A stretch of DNA of 64,000 nt from an uncultured Anaerobiospirillum sp. (GCA_944389785.1 CALXNP010000001.1:5270-69269), one strand, 5' to 3'. Counted from the stretch's first letter, positions 36,403-47,548 are shown. Numbers and translations: made by a program. The notes: a model not told the origin generated them from the sequence alone.

Positions 36403-38961
36403 TTAATCTAAAGTACGTTTAACTTCAATATTCTCAAAGACTTCGATCTGATCACCAGCTCTTACATCTTGATAATTCTTCACACCAACACCACACTCTG
36501 TACCTGCTTTAACTTCAGCTACATCATCTTTGAAACGACGTAAAGAATCAAGCTCACCTTCGAAAATTACTACATTATCACGCAATACACGAATAGGAGC
36601 AGAGCGTTTGATTACACCTTCTGTTACCATACAACCTGCAATTGCACCAAACTTAGGATGACGGAAGACCTCACGTACCTCTGCAAGACCAATAATCTCT
36701 TGACGTACCTCAGATTTAAGCATACCTGACATAGCTTTCTTTACATCATCAATTAAGTCATAAATTACACTGTAATAATGTAAATCCACACCATCAGCAT
36801 CAATAACACGACGAGCTGGAGCGTCAGCACGAACATTAAAGCCTACAATAATTGCTGATGAAGCAGAAGCTAAAGTTGCATCAGTTTCAGTGATACCACC
36901 AACACCTGAACCCACAATATTTACCTTAACCTCATCTGTTGCAAGCTTATTAAGTGCATCTGAAATTGCTTCAACAGAGCCTTGAGTATCAGCTTTAAGT
37001 ACCACATTAAGCTCTGATGCTTGATTATCCTTAAACATATTCTCAAGCTTAGCTTTTTGCTGCTTAGCAATCTTAAGCTCACGGAACTTACCTTGACGGA
37101 ATAGTGCTACTTCACGAGCTTTTTTCTCATCACGTACCACTGTCATCTCGTCACCTGCATCAGGCACACCAGATAGACCGTATAGCTCTACAGGAATAGA
37201 AGGACCTGCTTCTGTTAAATTTTGACCAATTTCGTTACGCATAGCACGAACACGGCCATACTCAAGACCACAAAGTACTACATCACCTTTGTGCAGAGTA
37301 CCTTCAGTAACTAATACTGAAGCTACAGGACCACGACCTTTATCAAGACGAGACTCAATAACAACACCAGCTGCCATACCTTCTGATACAGCTTTAAGCT
37401 CTAAAACCTCAGCTTGTAATAATATTGCCTCTAAAAGCTCATCAACACCTTGACCAGTTTTAGCAGATACTTCAACAAATTGAGTTTCACCACCCATGCT
37501 CTCTGGAATAACAGAGTGTTGAATTAATTCTTGAGTTACACGCATTGGTTCAGCACCTGGCTTATCTATCTTATTAATAGCTACAATTAAAGGTACCTTA
37601 GCAGCTTGAGCGTGTTGAATAGCTTCAACAGTTTGAGGCATTACACCATCATCTGCAGCTACTACTAAAACTACAATATCAGTAACTTGAGCACCACGAG
37701 CACGCATTGCAGTAAAAGCAGCGTGACCTGGAGTATCTAAGAAAGTAATACCAGTGCCACGTGTATTAACATGATATGCACCGATTCTTTGAGTAATACC
37801 ACCTGCTTCTCCTGCAGCTACTTTTGATTTTCTAATATAATCAAGCAGTGAAGTCTTACCATGATCAACGTGACCCATAATAGTCACAACCGGAGCACGT
37901 TCTACAGCCTTTCGAGTATCATTTTCTCTATCAGCCAATAAAGACTCTTCTAACTCATTTTCTTTACGTAATACAACCTTGTGCCCCATTTCCTCAACCA
38001 CAATAGAAGCAGTTGATTGATCAATAACTTGATTTATAGTTACCATTTCACCAAGTTTCATTAAGGTTTTAATTACTTCTATACCTTTAACAGCCATCTT
38101 AGCAGCAAGATCGGCTACTGTAATAGTTTCGCCAATTACAACCTCACGGCTAACAGGAGCTACAGGACGATTAAAACCATGCTGCTGCTGATTAAGTTTA
38201 GCTGCACCCTTGGCATTTTTACCATTACGACGGTTAGAATTTTTCTTGTTATGATGCATCATGCCTTGAGTGTCTTCTTCTCTTTTTTTAGAAGTACTTT
38301 GACGACGCTCAGAACCAGAACCTCTATGACGGCCTCTATTTTCAGCTTCACGCTCTTCACGAGCTTCAGCCTCACGTACATAGGCTGAAGCAAAAGATGA
38401 AAAATCATCATTATCTAAACGACGACGCTCTTCTTCTTCAGCTTCCCATCTTGCAGCATTTTCTTCTGCTAAACGACGAGCATTTTCAGCCTGCTTAGCT
38501 TCTTGCTCTTCAAATTTTTTTCTACGTTGAGCCTCTTGCTCATCATCGAACTTAGCCTGAGCCCTCTTAGCTTCTAAATCTTCTTTCTTAGAAGTACTAG
38601 CTTTTTTATAAGCCATCTGTTGCTCCTTTTGACGCTTAGCCTCAGCATTCTTTTGCTCTTGCTTTAGCTTTTCCTCTTTAGCTTTTTGCTCTTTAGCTAA
38701 GGCTTCAAGACGAGCTTTTTCCTCTTGCTCTTTACGCTCACGCTCTTCGCGTTCTTTTTGCTCTTGTAATGCTTTTTTCTTTTCTAAAGCCTCTTGCTGC
38801 TTGCGAGCCTCAATTTCCTTTGGATCAAAACGCTTGCGCTTTACTTCAACTTGCACTTGTTTTTGCTTGTTGCCTATACCAGTGGTAACTGTTGATGAGG
38901 CTTTTTTAGTGTTAAGCGACATACGTTGCTTTGGGGTATTATCTTTATTTAAATCACTCAT
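36403..38961 (-). CDS. infB: translation initiation factor IF-2
   Basis: Lys/Glu-rich N-terminus, then a GTPase domain ([25 protein letters not shown]) and the conserved C-terminal domains. Confidence 0.96.
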   Translation of the reverse strand: MSDLNKDNTPKQRMSLNTKKASSTVTTGIGNKQKQVQVEVKRKRFDPKEIEARKQQEALEKKKALQEQKEREERERKEQEEKARLEALAKEQKAKEEKLKQEQKNAEAKRQKEQQMAYKKASTSKKEDLEAKRAQAKFDDEQEAQRRKKFEEQEAKQAENARRLAEENAARWEAEEEERRRLDNDDFSSFASAYVREAEAREEREAENRGRHRGSGSERRQSTSKKREEDTQGMMHHNKKNSNRRNGKNAKGAAKLNQQQHGFNRPVAPVSREVVIGETITVADLAAKMAVKGIEVIKTLMKLGEMVTINQVIDQSTASIVVEEMGHKVVLRKENELEESLLADRENDTRKAVERAPVVTIMGHVDHGKTSLLDYIRKSKVAAGEAGGITQRIGAYHVNTRGTGITFLDTPGHAAFTAMRARGAQVTDIVVLVVAADDGVMPQTVEAIQHAQAAKVPLIVAINKIDKPGAEPMRVTQELIQHSVIPESMGGETQFVEVSAKTGQGVDELLEAILLQAEVLELKAVSEGMAAGVVIESRLDKGRGPVASVLVTEGTLHKGDVVLCGLEYGRVRAMRNEIGQNLTEAGPSIPVELYGLSGVPDAGDEMTVVRDEKKAREVALFRQGKFRELKIAKQQKAKLENMFKDNQASELNVVLKADTQGSVEAISDALNKLATDEVKVNIVGSGVGGITETDATLASASSAIIVGFNVRADAPARRVIDADGVDLHYYSVIYDLIDDVKKAMSGMLKSEVRQEIIGLAEVREVFRHPKFGAIAGCMVTEGVIKRSAPIRVLRDNVVIFEGELDSLRRFKDDVAEVKAGTECGVGVKNYQDVRAGDQIEVFENIEVKRTLD

Positions 38962-38978
38962 ATACTTACTATCCCCTC

Positions 38979-40457
38979 TTACTTGGCATCTTTAAACCAG
39001 CACTCATTACGGGCTGCCATAATAATCTTACCAGCAGTTGCCTCATCTAAGCCTTCAATATCCACTAAATCATCTGTAGCAAGCTCTGCTAGGGCATCTG
39101 CACTCTTAATATCATGCTCAATTAATTTTTGAGCTAAATCATTATCAATACCTTCAAGGCTGGTTAATACCTCAAGAGCTTTTTGGTTTTCTAATTCAGC
39201 ACGTTTTTCTAAACTATGTTTAGCATTATTTTGAAGAGCTTCTACCATGTCCATATCTAAGCCTTCAATTTGTAAAAGCTCATCAGGCACAACATAAGCA
39301 ATTTCTTCTAAATTAGTAAAACCATAATCAATTAAAGTTTGAGCAAAATCCTCATCAATATTTAAACCTTCAACAAAATCAGCTAATAAAGCTCCTTGTT
39401 CTTTTTGTAAGGTATCTTTTAATGAGGTCTCGGTCATCACTTTTAAATTCCAACCTATTAAATTTGAAGCTAACTTTACATTTTGACCGTTACGTCCAAT
39501 TGCTAAAGCTAAATTATCATCAGCTACAGCAATATCAATACTATGAGTTTCTTCATTGATAATGATGCGAGATACTTCAGCAGGTTCCATAGCATTAGTT
39601 ACATATTGAGCTAAATTCTCATCATATAACACAACATCAATCTTCTCACCTGCTAATTCATTAGATACAGCCATAACACGTGCACCACGCATACCAATAC
39701 AAGCACCACGTGGATCTATACGTCTATCCTTAGTTCTTACAGAAATCTTAGCACGAGAACCAGGATCACGGGCTACACCCATAATTTCAATAATATCTTC
39801 ACCAATTTCAGGAACTTCAATCTTAAATAATTCCTTTAAAAATTGAGGAGATGTTCTTGAACATACTATTTGAGGATTTTTATTATCATTTTTTATTTCT
39901 GATAATAAAACTTTAATTCTATCACCACGACCAAAAGTTTCATGTGGTATTAACTGCTCTTTTTTCAATACAGCTTCTGCGTTATTACCAAGATCTAAAA
40001 CTAAAAAATCACGACCTTGTTTTTTAACTGTAGCATTGATAACTTGACCTACTCTTTGTCTTTGCTCAGCTAATAATTGATCTCTTTCAGCATCTTTTAC
40101 CTTTTGAGATAGAACTTGCTTAGCTGTTTGTATAGTAATTCTATCAAAAGCTACAGATTCAATTTCTTCTTCAACTACATCCCCTACATTGATTTCAGGG
40201 TAATCAAGTCTTGCAGCTTCAAGAGAAATCTCAGAAGCTGGATGATCAAGCTCTGAAGAACCTACTACAGTCCAACGTCTAAAGGTTCTATAACTACCCT
40301 CTTTTTTATCAATAGTAACTCTTACTGCAATATCTACAGGATATTTTTTCTTAGTAGCAGTTGCTAAAGCTGTTTCTAAAGCTTCAAAAATTTTATCGCG
40401 AGGAATAGCACGCTCATTAGAGAGAGCCTCAGCTATTGCAATAATTTCCTTTCCCAT
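38979..40457 (-). CDS. nusA: transcription termination/antitermination factor NusA
   Basis: S1, KH and KH domains plus C-terminal acidic repeats. Canonical rimP-nusA-infB order. Confidence 0.96.
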   Translation of the reverse strand: MGKEIIAIAEALSNERAIPRDKIFEALETALATATKKKYPVDIAVRVTIDKKEGSYRTFRRWTVVGSSELDHPASEISLEAARLDYPEINVGDVVEEEIESVAFDRITIQTAKQVLSQKVKDAERDQLLAEQRQRVGQVINATVKKQGRDFLVLDLGNNAEAVLKKEQLIPHETFGRGDRIKVLLSEIKNDNKNPQIVCSRTSPQFLKELFKIEVPEIGEDIIEIMGVARDPGSRAKISVRTKDRRIDPRGACIGMRGARVMAVSNELAGEKIDVVLYDENLAQYVTNAMEPAEVSRIIINEETHSIDIAVADDNLALAIGRNGQNVKLASNLIGWNLKVMTETSLKDTLQKEQGALLADFVEGLNIDEDFAQTLIDYGFTNLEEIAYVVPDELLQIEGLDMDMVEALQNNAKHSLEKRAELENQKALEVLTSLEGIDNDLAQKLIEHDIKSADALAELATDDLVDIEGLDEATAGKIIMAARNECWFKDAK

Positions 40458-40484
40458 TTACTTCATACTCCTTTAATGATGTGC

Positions 40485-40967
40485 CTACTTTTTCTTAGCT
40501 GTTTTATTAAATTCAGGAACCACACGCATTAGCGCAATATTACTAAAAGCAAGTGTTACATTACCACTTAATTTATCATCTAAAACTAAAGTATCTTCGT
40601 CTATTGATACTAAAGTACCTTCAAATTTACGACGTGATTGTAAAGCTAAAGTAAGTTCAAGCTTTACTTTCTTACCTACATACAAAAGAGCTTGTTCTTT
40701 TGTAAATAAAATTCTATCTAAACCTGGTGAAGAAACCTCTAAGGTATAAGCAGGGTTAATAATATCAGCAGCATCAAGAGCAGGTGAGATCATATTAGTC
40801 ACATCGCCACAGATATCAGCATTAATACCCTCTTGACTCTCTATAAAAATTTGTAAAATAGCGTGATCTCTGCCACCTCTGTATCTTACACCCCATAATT
40901 GCAAATCCATTGAGGTAATCAAAGGTTCAACAAGTTCTCTAACTCTTTGTTCTATTGTTCCTGACAT
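40485..40967 (-). CDS. rimP: ribosome maturation factor RimP
   Basis: Conserved position upstream of nusA and RimP-like sequence (LEVSSPGLDR). The ATG at 40967 is preferred over the TTG at 40979. Confidence 0.85.
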   Translation of the reverse strand: MSGTIEQRVRELVEPLITSMDLQLWGVRYRGGRDHAILQIFIESQEGINADICGDVTNMISPALDAADIINPAYTLEVSSPGLDRILFTKEQALLYVGKKVKLELTLALQSRRKFEGTLVSIDEDTLVLDDKLSGNVTLAFSNIALMRVVPEFNKTAKKK

Positions 40968-40980
40968 TGTTTTTCCCAAA

Positions 40981-41005
40981 AAAAAAGCCCCTTATATTTT
41001 GGGGC
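40981..41005 (-). terminator. rho-independent terminator after the TerC/CBS gene
   Basis: GCCCC (40987-40991) pairs with GGGGC (41001-41005). The A-run at 40981-40986 reads as a T-run on the minus strand. Confidence 0.55.
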
Positions 41006-41154
41006 CTCCTGATAGTTCCACCTAATTTTTAGCATATTTTAAACAAATTCTTTGCTTAAAATAAGCTTGACTTAACTTACTTTAAAGTCCTTAGCATTAT
41101 ATTAAAATACTTATTTAAAGTAAAGACTTTTATCCTTAAGCCCCATAAATTTTA

Positions 41155-42771
41155 TCATTTGGTGTCACTATGTTCTTGTGAATTTTGCTTTTTAAGATGT
41201 AAATTAGTAATTTTTAATAAATTAATACTTATACTATCTACCTCAAGCACTTCAATTTCATAGTTTTCATAAACTATTTTTTCACCTACATGCGGCAATC
41301 TTTGTAAATTATCAAGTACATAGCCTGCTATAGTATGATAATGTTCACTAATTGGTACATTAAGTCCTACTATACGTTCTAAGTCCTTCAAAATTACATC
41401 ACCACGTACTTGATATTCATAATCACTAATTTTAGTAATTTCTTCTTTTTCATTTAGATCAGGCAGCTCTCCTGCAATTTCCTCCATGATGTCATGTAAG
41501 GTGGCAACACCCTCAAAGTTACCAAATTCATCATAAATAAAGGCAAAATTTTTCTTAAAACGTCTAAACTCTTCTAACGCTTTAATAATACTTACAGTCT
41601 CTGCTAAATACACTGGTTCACGCACAATTTGATTAACATCAAATTTATCATCAGTAAGACCTAAAGCTAATAGATCAGACTTTTTAATGTAACCTATAGG
41701 CTGATCTTTTGCTCCATCTTTATAAGCTACTAAACGTGAATATTTAAAACTTTTAACTTGATACAATAAATCTACTTTACTTATAGAAATATTGAGCATT
41801 TCAAGATCAGCACGTGATGTCATCACTGCTTTAACAGGTAATGAAGATAATTGTAAGACACGTGATACCATCTCTTTTTCTTCATTATTAAAAACACTAG
41901 GACCTGTTGTTGAAACAATAGCCTCTTTTAAAGTTTGTACTTGATTTTTATTTGAACCTAAAAGACGCAAAACTAAATTAGCAGCTACCTCACGACTTTG
42001 CATTGCATTAGCATTGCCAAGTTTTAAGGTGTTTTTACGTGCTATTTGATTGAAAAACTCAATTAAAATTGAAAAACCAATAGCAGCATATAAATAACCT
42101 TTTGGTACATGGAAGTGTAAAGCTTCCATAATTAGACTAAAACCAATTAATAATAAAAAGCCTAAACACAAGATTACTAAAGTTGGATGATGGCTTACAA
42201 AATCTGTAATTGCTTTTGAAGCTAAAATCATCACACACATTGCAATAATTACGGCAAACATCATGATGAAGACATGATCTATCATACCTACAGCTGTAAT
42301 AATTGAGTCAATAGAAAATACAGCATCTAAAACCATAATTTGCAAAACAACCATACCAAAAGCACTACCTGCTGCCTTTGATGCAGAAATTTCCTCATCA
42401 AAGCCTTCAAGCTTTGAGTGTAATTCATGTGTTGCTTTATACAATAAGAACAGACCACCTATCATAAGTACAATATCACGGCCTGAAACACCAAAGCTAC
42501 CTATATGGAAAAGTGGCACAACCATACCCATAATTATAGCTATGGTCGATAGGAAAAATAAACGTATAACTAAAGCACCACCTAAACCTATATAACGTGC
42601 TTTATTTCTTTGTTTGGCTGGCAACTTAGCTGTTAAAATAGCAATAAATACTAAGTTATCAATACCTAATACAATTTCAATTATAACTAATGTTAAAAGA
42701 CCTAACCAAGCAGTTGGATCATTGATCCAAGCCATATCAAATAAAATTTGCGGAGTAGCTACAGGATCCAT
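41155..42771 (-). CDS. TerC-family membrane protein fused to a CBS pair and a CorC/HlyC domain (YoaE/YegH-like)
   Basis: N-terminal TerC-type TM region (GIDNLVFIAIL), then a CBS pair and a C-terminal transporter-associated domain. Confidence 0.8.
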   Translation of the reverse strand: MDPVATPQILFDMAWINDPTAWLGLLTLVIIEIVLGIDNLVFIAILTAKLPAKQRNKARYIGLGGALVIRLFFLSTIAIIMGMVVPLFHIGSFGVSGRDIVLMIGGLFLLYKATHELHSKLEGFDEEISASKAAGSAFGMVVLQIMVLDAVFSIDSIITAVGMIDHVFIMMFAVIIAMCVMILASKAITDFVSHHPTLVILCLGFLLLIGFSLIMEALHFHVPKGYLYAAIGFSILIEFFNQIARKNTLKLGNANAMQSREVAANLVLRLLGSNKNQVQTLKEAIVSTTGPSVFNNEEKEMVSRVLQLSSLPVKAVMTSRADLEMLNISISKVDLLYQVKSFKYSRLVAYKDGAKDQPIGYIKKSDLLALGLTDDKFDVNQIVREPVYLAETVSIIKALEEFRRFKKNFAFIYDEFGNFEGVATLHDIMEEIAGELPDLNEKEEITKISDYEYQVRGDVILKDLERIVGLNVPISEHYHTIAGYVLDNLQRLPHVGEKIVYENYEIEVLEVDSISINLLKITNLHLKKQNSQEHSDTK

Positions 42772-43077
42772 AAACTATCTCCTTTATTTGTATATGTTAA
42801 AAAATTATAAAAAATATTAGGTAAGAAGTTTAAACTTCTTTGGGGATAATCAATTTTATTAGAATTATTATTTTTCACTTTATTATTTCACTTATATCAA
42901 AAGCCTCATGGCCTATATTAATATAAACAAAAGATAAGACGTTTTAAAGTACCTTGATAAGTTTTTTTACATAGCTTAAATATAATTAATTATTTTACTT
43001 AATATTTTATAAAAAACCATATCTAAGGTTTTTGTATATATTTTATATATCTATTATCAATTATATATAAAAAACTA

Positions 43078-43130
43078 AAAACCTACACTCTTATTTAAAT
43101 TTTTAAACTTTAAACTAAAGTGTAGGTTAT
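43078..43130 (-). terminator. hairpin downstream of rluB
   Basis: ACCTACACT (43081-43089) pairs with AGTGTAGGT (43119-43127) around a large loop. T-rich sequence follows on the minus strand. Confidence 0.45.
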
Positions 43131-43165
43131 TTTTTATTGTGTTTTTATATTTAAACTAAGATTAA

Positions 43166-44245
43166 TTAAAAATTATGTTTTTTAACAATATTATGCCTTA
43201 GTTTAAAATTCCTTCTTTTTGTTTGATCTTGTGTACTTGAAATCACCACAAAACTTTTTTTTGCTGACCTATGTTTATTATCACCATCTAAAGCTCTATG
43301 TTTACTATCATTACCTAAAGCTCTATCTTTAAATCTATCTGTTTTAACAATAACTTGAGATTGATAAGAACGTTTAGTTTTTTGAGGTTTTCCTTGTAAG
43401 CTTACATTCTTACCCTTATCAAAATTAAATTTATTTCTATGCTTGTTATGCTTATTTTTCTCTAAATAGCTATCAAATGCTTCATGAGCTATTTCATCAC
43501 TAGTTAAAGCTTTAAGCTTAACTTTTGCCCTTAAATTATTAATTTCAGATAAAGTAAGCTCTCTATAATGGCCTTGTTTAAGTTTTGGATCTAACTCTAA
43601 ATTAGCATACTTAATACGTATTAATCTGCTTACCTTTAAATCTACAGCTTCAAATAAACGACGAACTTCACGATTACGTCCTTCTTTTAAAGAGACATGG
43701 TACCAACGATTAATACCCTCACCACCTGCAAAAACTATTTTATCAAATTTGGCCATGCCATCTTCTAACATGACTCCAGTTTGTAGTTTTTGTATATGCT
43801 CATCAGTGATCTGACCAAAGACACGCACAGCATAAACACGCTCTACTTCACCTCTAGGATGCATAAGAGCATTAGCTAAATCTCCATCTGTAGTTAGTAG
43901 TAATAAACCTGAAGTATTTAAATCAAGTCTACCAACATAAATCCATCTGCCAAAGTCAGGACGAGGTAAATGATCAAAAACAGTTGGCCTATCTTCAGGA
44001 TCTTTTAAAGTAGTAAGCTCACCTTCTTTTTTATGATACATAATAACCCGACACTTTGGTTTTTGTGTTTTAGGTGTAGCTACTACCTTACCATCAATTT
44101 TTACGATAATGTCATCATCGACACGATCACCAACATTGGCTATTTTGCCATTAACTTCTACACGCTTTTGAGCAATTAAAGAGTCAAGTTGACGTCTTGA
44201 GCCCAAACCTAAGCGTGCTAAAACTTTTTGTAGCTTCTCGCTCAC
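43166..44245 (-). CDS. rluB: 23S rRNA pseudouridine synthase RluB
   Basis: Near-colinear with E. coli RluB: MSEKLQKVLAR.G.GSRR, GRLD.NT.GLLL.TTDG, GRNREVRRL. It has a long basic C-terminal tail. Confidence 0.9.
   Translation of the reverse strand: MSEKLQKVLARLGLGSRRQLDSLIAQKRVEVNGKIANVGDRVDDDIIVKIDGKVVATPKTQKPKCRVIMYHKKEGELTTLKDPEDRPTVFDHLPRPDFGRWIYVGRLDLNTSGLLLLTTDGDLANALMHPRGEVERVYAVRVFGQITDEHIQKLQTGVMLEDGMAKFDKIVFAGGEGINRWYHVSLKEGRNREVRRLFEAVDLKVSRLIRIKYANLELDPKLKQGHYRELTLSEINNLRAKVKLKALTSDEIAHEAFDSYLEKNKHNKHRNKFNFDKGKNVSLQGKPQKTKRSYQSQVIVKTDRFKDRALGNDSKHRALDGDNKHRSAKKSFVVISSTQDQTKRRNFKLRHNIVKKHNF
43269..43327. repeat. 27-nt tandem duplication (about 2.2 copies) inside the rluB tail
   Basis: CTATGTTTATTATCACCATCTAAAGCT (43269-43295) and CTATGTTTACTATCATTACCTAAAGCT (43296-43322), then CTATC. 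They encode repeated KHRALxxDx units. Confidence 0.7.
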
Positions 44246-44933
44246 TATTCACCTTTAATTTATAGTCACTTAAATTCCTCATCATCATGAGGTTAGAGCT
44301 TAATCAAAAAATATAATTGAATATGTATCAATGAGTTATAATCTGTATAAAAGTAACTTAGACAAACACTAAACAATTTAAGATATTAAGGTTTGTCTGC
44401 ATACTAATTAATAATTTAGTTAAGCTATTGTTACTTTACAAATCTTACTCATTCTTAATACAGCTAAAAAGTTATTTATATCGGTTAACACAACAACCGC
44501 TTAAAAAAGTCCTTTTACAAGAACATTTCTTAAATCCTTTTTAATGATGCTTAGGCTAGCATTGAATATATATAAAATCAAGATAGACCTACATAATTTT
44601 TAAATACTAAATTTTAAAATCTTAGCCCCTAAACTAAACTGTTTTACTCATAAAGTGATAAAAATTTTTTATACCTATAGCTTAGGTTTAAACTCAATAC
44701 TTGTTATAATTTGAGCTAATTTTGAAGACTGTAATACTAAGTCTTAATAACAAATTAATTTAAATGTAACAAATAGATAAATACTAAAAACTTTATAAAT
44801 TAAAATAAGCTATCTATATCAAAAAGCTTATTGATAAATTTCAAAAATTTGACGGTAGTTGTTCACAAGTAAGTTATAATACTATACTATAAGTACTTGC
44901 TATAAACTTTATATCAGCTATGCGGAGATCTTT

Positions 44934-45251
44934 ATGAGCGAGCCCCAAAATCAAGACTATGAGATGATTAATGTGCAATTTTCTATCTTAGGGCAAGATT
45001 TTATCCTAAATTGTAAAAAAGAAGATGAGGAATCCTTGCTTGACTCTATTGATACAGTAAAAAACTCTGTAGCTAAAATTTTAAGAAACAACCCTAATGT
45101 AACTCCACAGCAGGCTTGTATCTTAGCTGCTTTATCTTGTCAGGATGAGCTTAATAGTTATTTACGTGCAAAAAGTCCTTTTATAAAGAGGGCTGAAGCA
45201 AAAATGGAAGAAATAGAAAAATTAGCAGAGTTGTTAGGCAGCAATGGATAA
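44934..45251 (+). CDS. zapA: cell division protein ZapA
   Basis: 105 aa with the ZapA pattern (VQFSILGQDFILNC...ILAALSCQDEL). Followed by the 5-FTHF cyclo-ligase gene, as in enterobacteria. Confidence 0.8.
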   Translation: MSEPQNQDYEMINVQFSILGQDFILNCKKEDEESLLDSIDTVKNSVAKILRNNPNVTPQQACILAALSCQDELNSYLRAKSPFIKRAEAKMEEIEKLAELLGSNG

Positions 45252-45837
45252 TAAAAAATTAAAACAAGAACAAAGAGCTTTAATTAAAAATAAAAGACAA
45301 GCTTTAAATAAAGGTTATATACAACAAGCAGCCACTGCTTGTATGCACTTTTTGTCTCAACATGTTTTGCTCAAAGATAAATTAAATATTGCCTCATATG
45401 TAAGTCATAAAGGTGAACTTGATACTTATAATATAAATAATATGTTATTAGCACAAGGACATAATCTTAGTCTGCCTTTGATCTCAACAACTACAAAAGG
45501 TAAGATGAGTTTTTATCAAATTAACGATTATTATCTACTTAAACACAATCAATATGGTATTTTAGAACCTGATGCTCTTATACATAAAAAAATTGATATA
45601 GGCTGTCTTAATGTAATATTAGTACCACTAATTGGTTTTGATAAACAAGGAAATAGATTGGGTATGGGTGGTGGCTATTATGATAGATTATTAAAAAAAT
45701 TAAGTTATAATTGCGTAACTATTGGCCTTGCTTATGATTTTCAAGAGTTTGATACAATTCAATACGAAAGATGGGATATGCCCCTTGATGAGATCATAAC
45801 CCCATGTAAACATTTAAAAATTACTCAAAAATATTAA
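45244..45837 (+). CDS. ygfA: 5-formyltetrahydrofolate cyclo-ligase
   Basis: Signature GMGGGYYDR and the expected family size. Overlaps zapA by 8 nt. Confidence 0.82.
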   Translation: MDNKKLKQEQRALIKNKRQALNKGYIQQAATACMHFLSQHVLLKDKLNIASYVSHKGELDTYNINNMLLAQGHNLSLPLISTTTKGKMSFYQINDYYLLKHNQYGILEPDALIHKKIDIGCLNVILVPLIGFDKQGNRLGMGGGYYDRLLKKLSYNCVTIGLAYDFQEFDTIQYERWDMPLDEIITPCKHLKITQKY

Positions 45838-46663
45838 GATCATTAATTAATTTTAAAACCTTGAGACTGAGTGTAAATTCATCATTACTATTTGCTTGTG
45901 CTTGTATGAGTTTAGCTTGATCGCTAAGCAATAAGCTATAACTATTAATTACAATGTTAAATTCTTTTTGATTAAAAATACTTAAATTAGCTTGACTTGG
46001 ATTATGAATATCAGCAAAAGTCTCAAGTACATCATTAAAATAATAATTCTCAGCTTTAAATTTAAAATAATTACCTTCTGTACTCTTGTTTAGAGTAATT
46101 TCAACTTTTTTATTAAAGACATTTATATAATAAGCATCTTGCTCTTTATGTATAGTATTACAAGCTACAAGTTTTAAGACAGTAGTTAACATCAAATAAC
46201 AACACTCAAGATCTTGAGCATAAAGCTCAAGTTTCAACTTTTGAGCATTATCTTGAATAATAGCCTTCTTTAATTGATTAAAATATTGCTCACTATAATG
46301 ATAATCTATTTGTGTAATTACAGTATGCGTTTGTCTGCTTAACTTGTGCAAGTCTTGTAATAGAGCATAATCTAAACTAAAAGGAGCTTGACAAATAATA
46401 TTACAGTTTAAATTTAAGCCTATCTTTATATAAGAGTAATGCGTATTTACTGGTGAGCAAATTAATAATGCTTGTATCTGCTCATTTTTTACCATTTCCT
46501 CTATATCTAAATAACCATTTAAATTATAGCTTTGACAAAATTCTTGTAAACGCATACGAGTATGGTTACAAGCTGCTACTAATTTAAATTCTTTTTGTAA
46601 AGTTAAAGCCTGTGCGCATACATTAGCAAGCTTTCCTACACCAACTATAGCTAAATTGATCAT
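45821..46663 (-). CDS. hypothetical protein with an N-terminal Rossmann-like (Gfo/Idh/MocA-type) motif
   Basis: MINLAIVGVGKLANVCAQAL is followed by an oxidoreductase-like N-terminal domain. The C-terminal half is not recognisable. Confidence 0.4.
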   Translation of the reverse strand: MINLAIVGVGKLANVCAQALTLQKEFKLVAACNHTRMRLQEFCQSYNLNGYLDIEEMVKNEQIQALLICSPVNTHYSYIKIGLNLNCNIICQAPFSLDYALLQDLHKLSRQTHTVITQIDYHYSEQYFNQLKKAIIQDNAQKLKLELYAQDLECCYLMLTTVLKLVACNTIHKEQDAYYINVFNKKVEITLNKSTEGNYFKFKAENYYFNDVLETFADIHNPSQANLSIFNQKEFNIVINSYSLLLSDQAKLIQAQANSNDEFTLSLKVLKLINDLNIFE

Positions 46664-46909
46664 ATATCACCTTCATTATCCTAAACTTATCTTAACAAAA
46701 AATTATGTATATGAAAAATGCTTATATAAAAAATGAAAAAAGCTTGCAGTTATAAACTAATATAACAATTTTTAAATTTAATTTTTATAGATAATACATA
46801 AAGATAAGTACTTTTGTTTTAAAATTAAATAAAAGCATTTATAAATGTATTTTTATGGAACAACTATTGATGTGAATTTAAAAGTTTGATATGAGATATG
46901 ACACATTCA

Positions 46910-46955
46910 TATCCTTACCTAAACTATTTATATAAATTTACTTTAGGTAAGGATC
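46910..46955 (-). terminator. hairpin downstream of secG
   Basis: ATCCTTACCTAAA pairs with TTTAGGTAAGGAT (13-bp stem, large AT loop), just after the secG stop. Confidence 0.5.
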
Positions 46956-46980
46956 AAATTGATTAAATTAGCAAAACTTA

Positions 46981-47484
46981 TTATTGAGCTTCAGCAGGAG
47001 CTGCAACATCAGTTTCTGTAACTACAGGAGCTTCTGTTATACTTTCTTCTACAGCAGGAGCTTGTGCTTCTTTATTATCTGCAGCAGGAACTTGAGTCTC
47101 CTTATTGTCTACAGCAGGAGTCTGTACTTCACTTGCCTTGTTCTCTTCTACTTGAGGAACATCAGCAGCATTGCTGTCAATTATAGGCACATCAGCTGCA
47201 TTGGTACTTTGTGTTATAGGAGTAATATTCTCAAAAGAACTTGTCTCTACAGTTTTATCTTTTTGTAACCAGCCAATAAAAAGACAGATAGCAAAAAATA
47301 AAATAGCTAAAGTCCAAGTACTTTTAGTTAGAAAATTACCAGAACCTACAGAGCCAAAAACAGTATTAGAAGCACCTGCACCAAAGGAAGCTCCCATACC
47401 AGCTCCCTTACCTTGCTGCACTAAAATTAAAGCAATAATAGCAATTGCAACAATCAAAAATAAAACTATAACTATTTCGTACAT
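46981..47484 (-). CDS. secG: preprotein translocase subunit SecG with an extended repetitive C-terminal tail
   Basis: The N-terminal ~75 aa are typical SecG (two TM segments, GKGAGMGASFGAGASNTVFG), and it lies in the conserved position after glmM. About 90 extra residues of Ala/Val/Glu/Pro-rich repeats follow. Confidence 0.82.
   Translation of the reverse strand: MYEIVIVLFLIVAIAIIALILVQQGKGAGMGASFGAGASNTVFGSVGSGNFLTKSTWTLAILFFAICLFIGWLQKDKTVETSSFENITPITQSTNAADVPIIDSNAADVPQVEENKASEVQTPAVDNKETQVPAADNKEAQAPAVEESITEAPVVTETDVAAPAEAQ
47049..47215. repeat. imperfect ~30-nt tandem repeats encoding the SecG tail
   Basis: Recurrent CTACAGCAGGAG / CTGCAGCAGGAA units and a duplicated ACATCAGC(A/T)GCATTG. 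They encode PAVDNKETQV / PAADNKEAQA and NAADVP x2. Confidence 0.55.
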
Positions 47485-47548
47485 TTTAAGTGACCAAAAA
47501 AAATAAAATATTGTGCATGATACATTGATCGTTATAGAAAATCAAGCT

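Noticed and set aside
36403-38961. Highly repetitive Lys/Glu/Ala/Arg-rich stretch in the N-terminal third of IF-2 as a possible repeat element
   Set aside because: A charged low-complexity N-terminal region is a normal feature of bacterial IF-2. It is not a mobile or tandem DNA repeat.
38179-38995. ORFs 38179-38388(+) and 38801-38995(+)
   Set aside because: They are antisense to the Lys/Glu-rich N-terminal region of infB. The reverse-complement open frames are a by-product of the repetitive GAA/AAA codon content.
42614-42820. ORF 42614-42820(+)
   Set aside because: It is antisense to the 5' end of the TerC/CBS gene.
44849-44886. Possible sigma-70 promoter TTGACG ... TATAAT upstream of zapA
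   Set aside because: The spacer between the hexamers is 20 nt by my count, which is outside the functional 16-19 nt range. Alternative -10 choices are poor.
46984-47506. ORFs 46984-47268(+) and 47171-47506(+)
   Set aside because: They are antisense to secG. The repeat-rich tail keeps several frames open.
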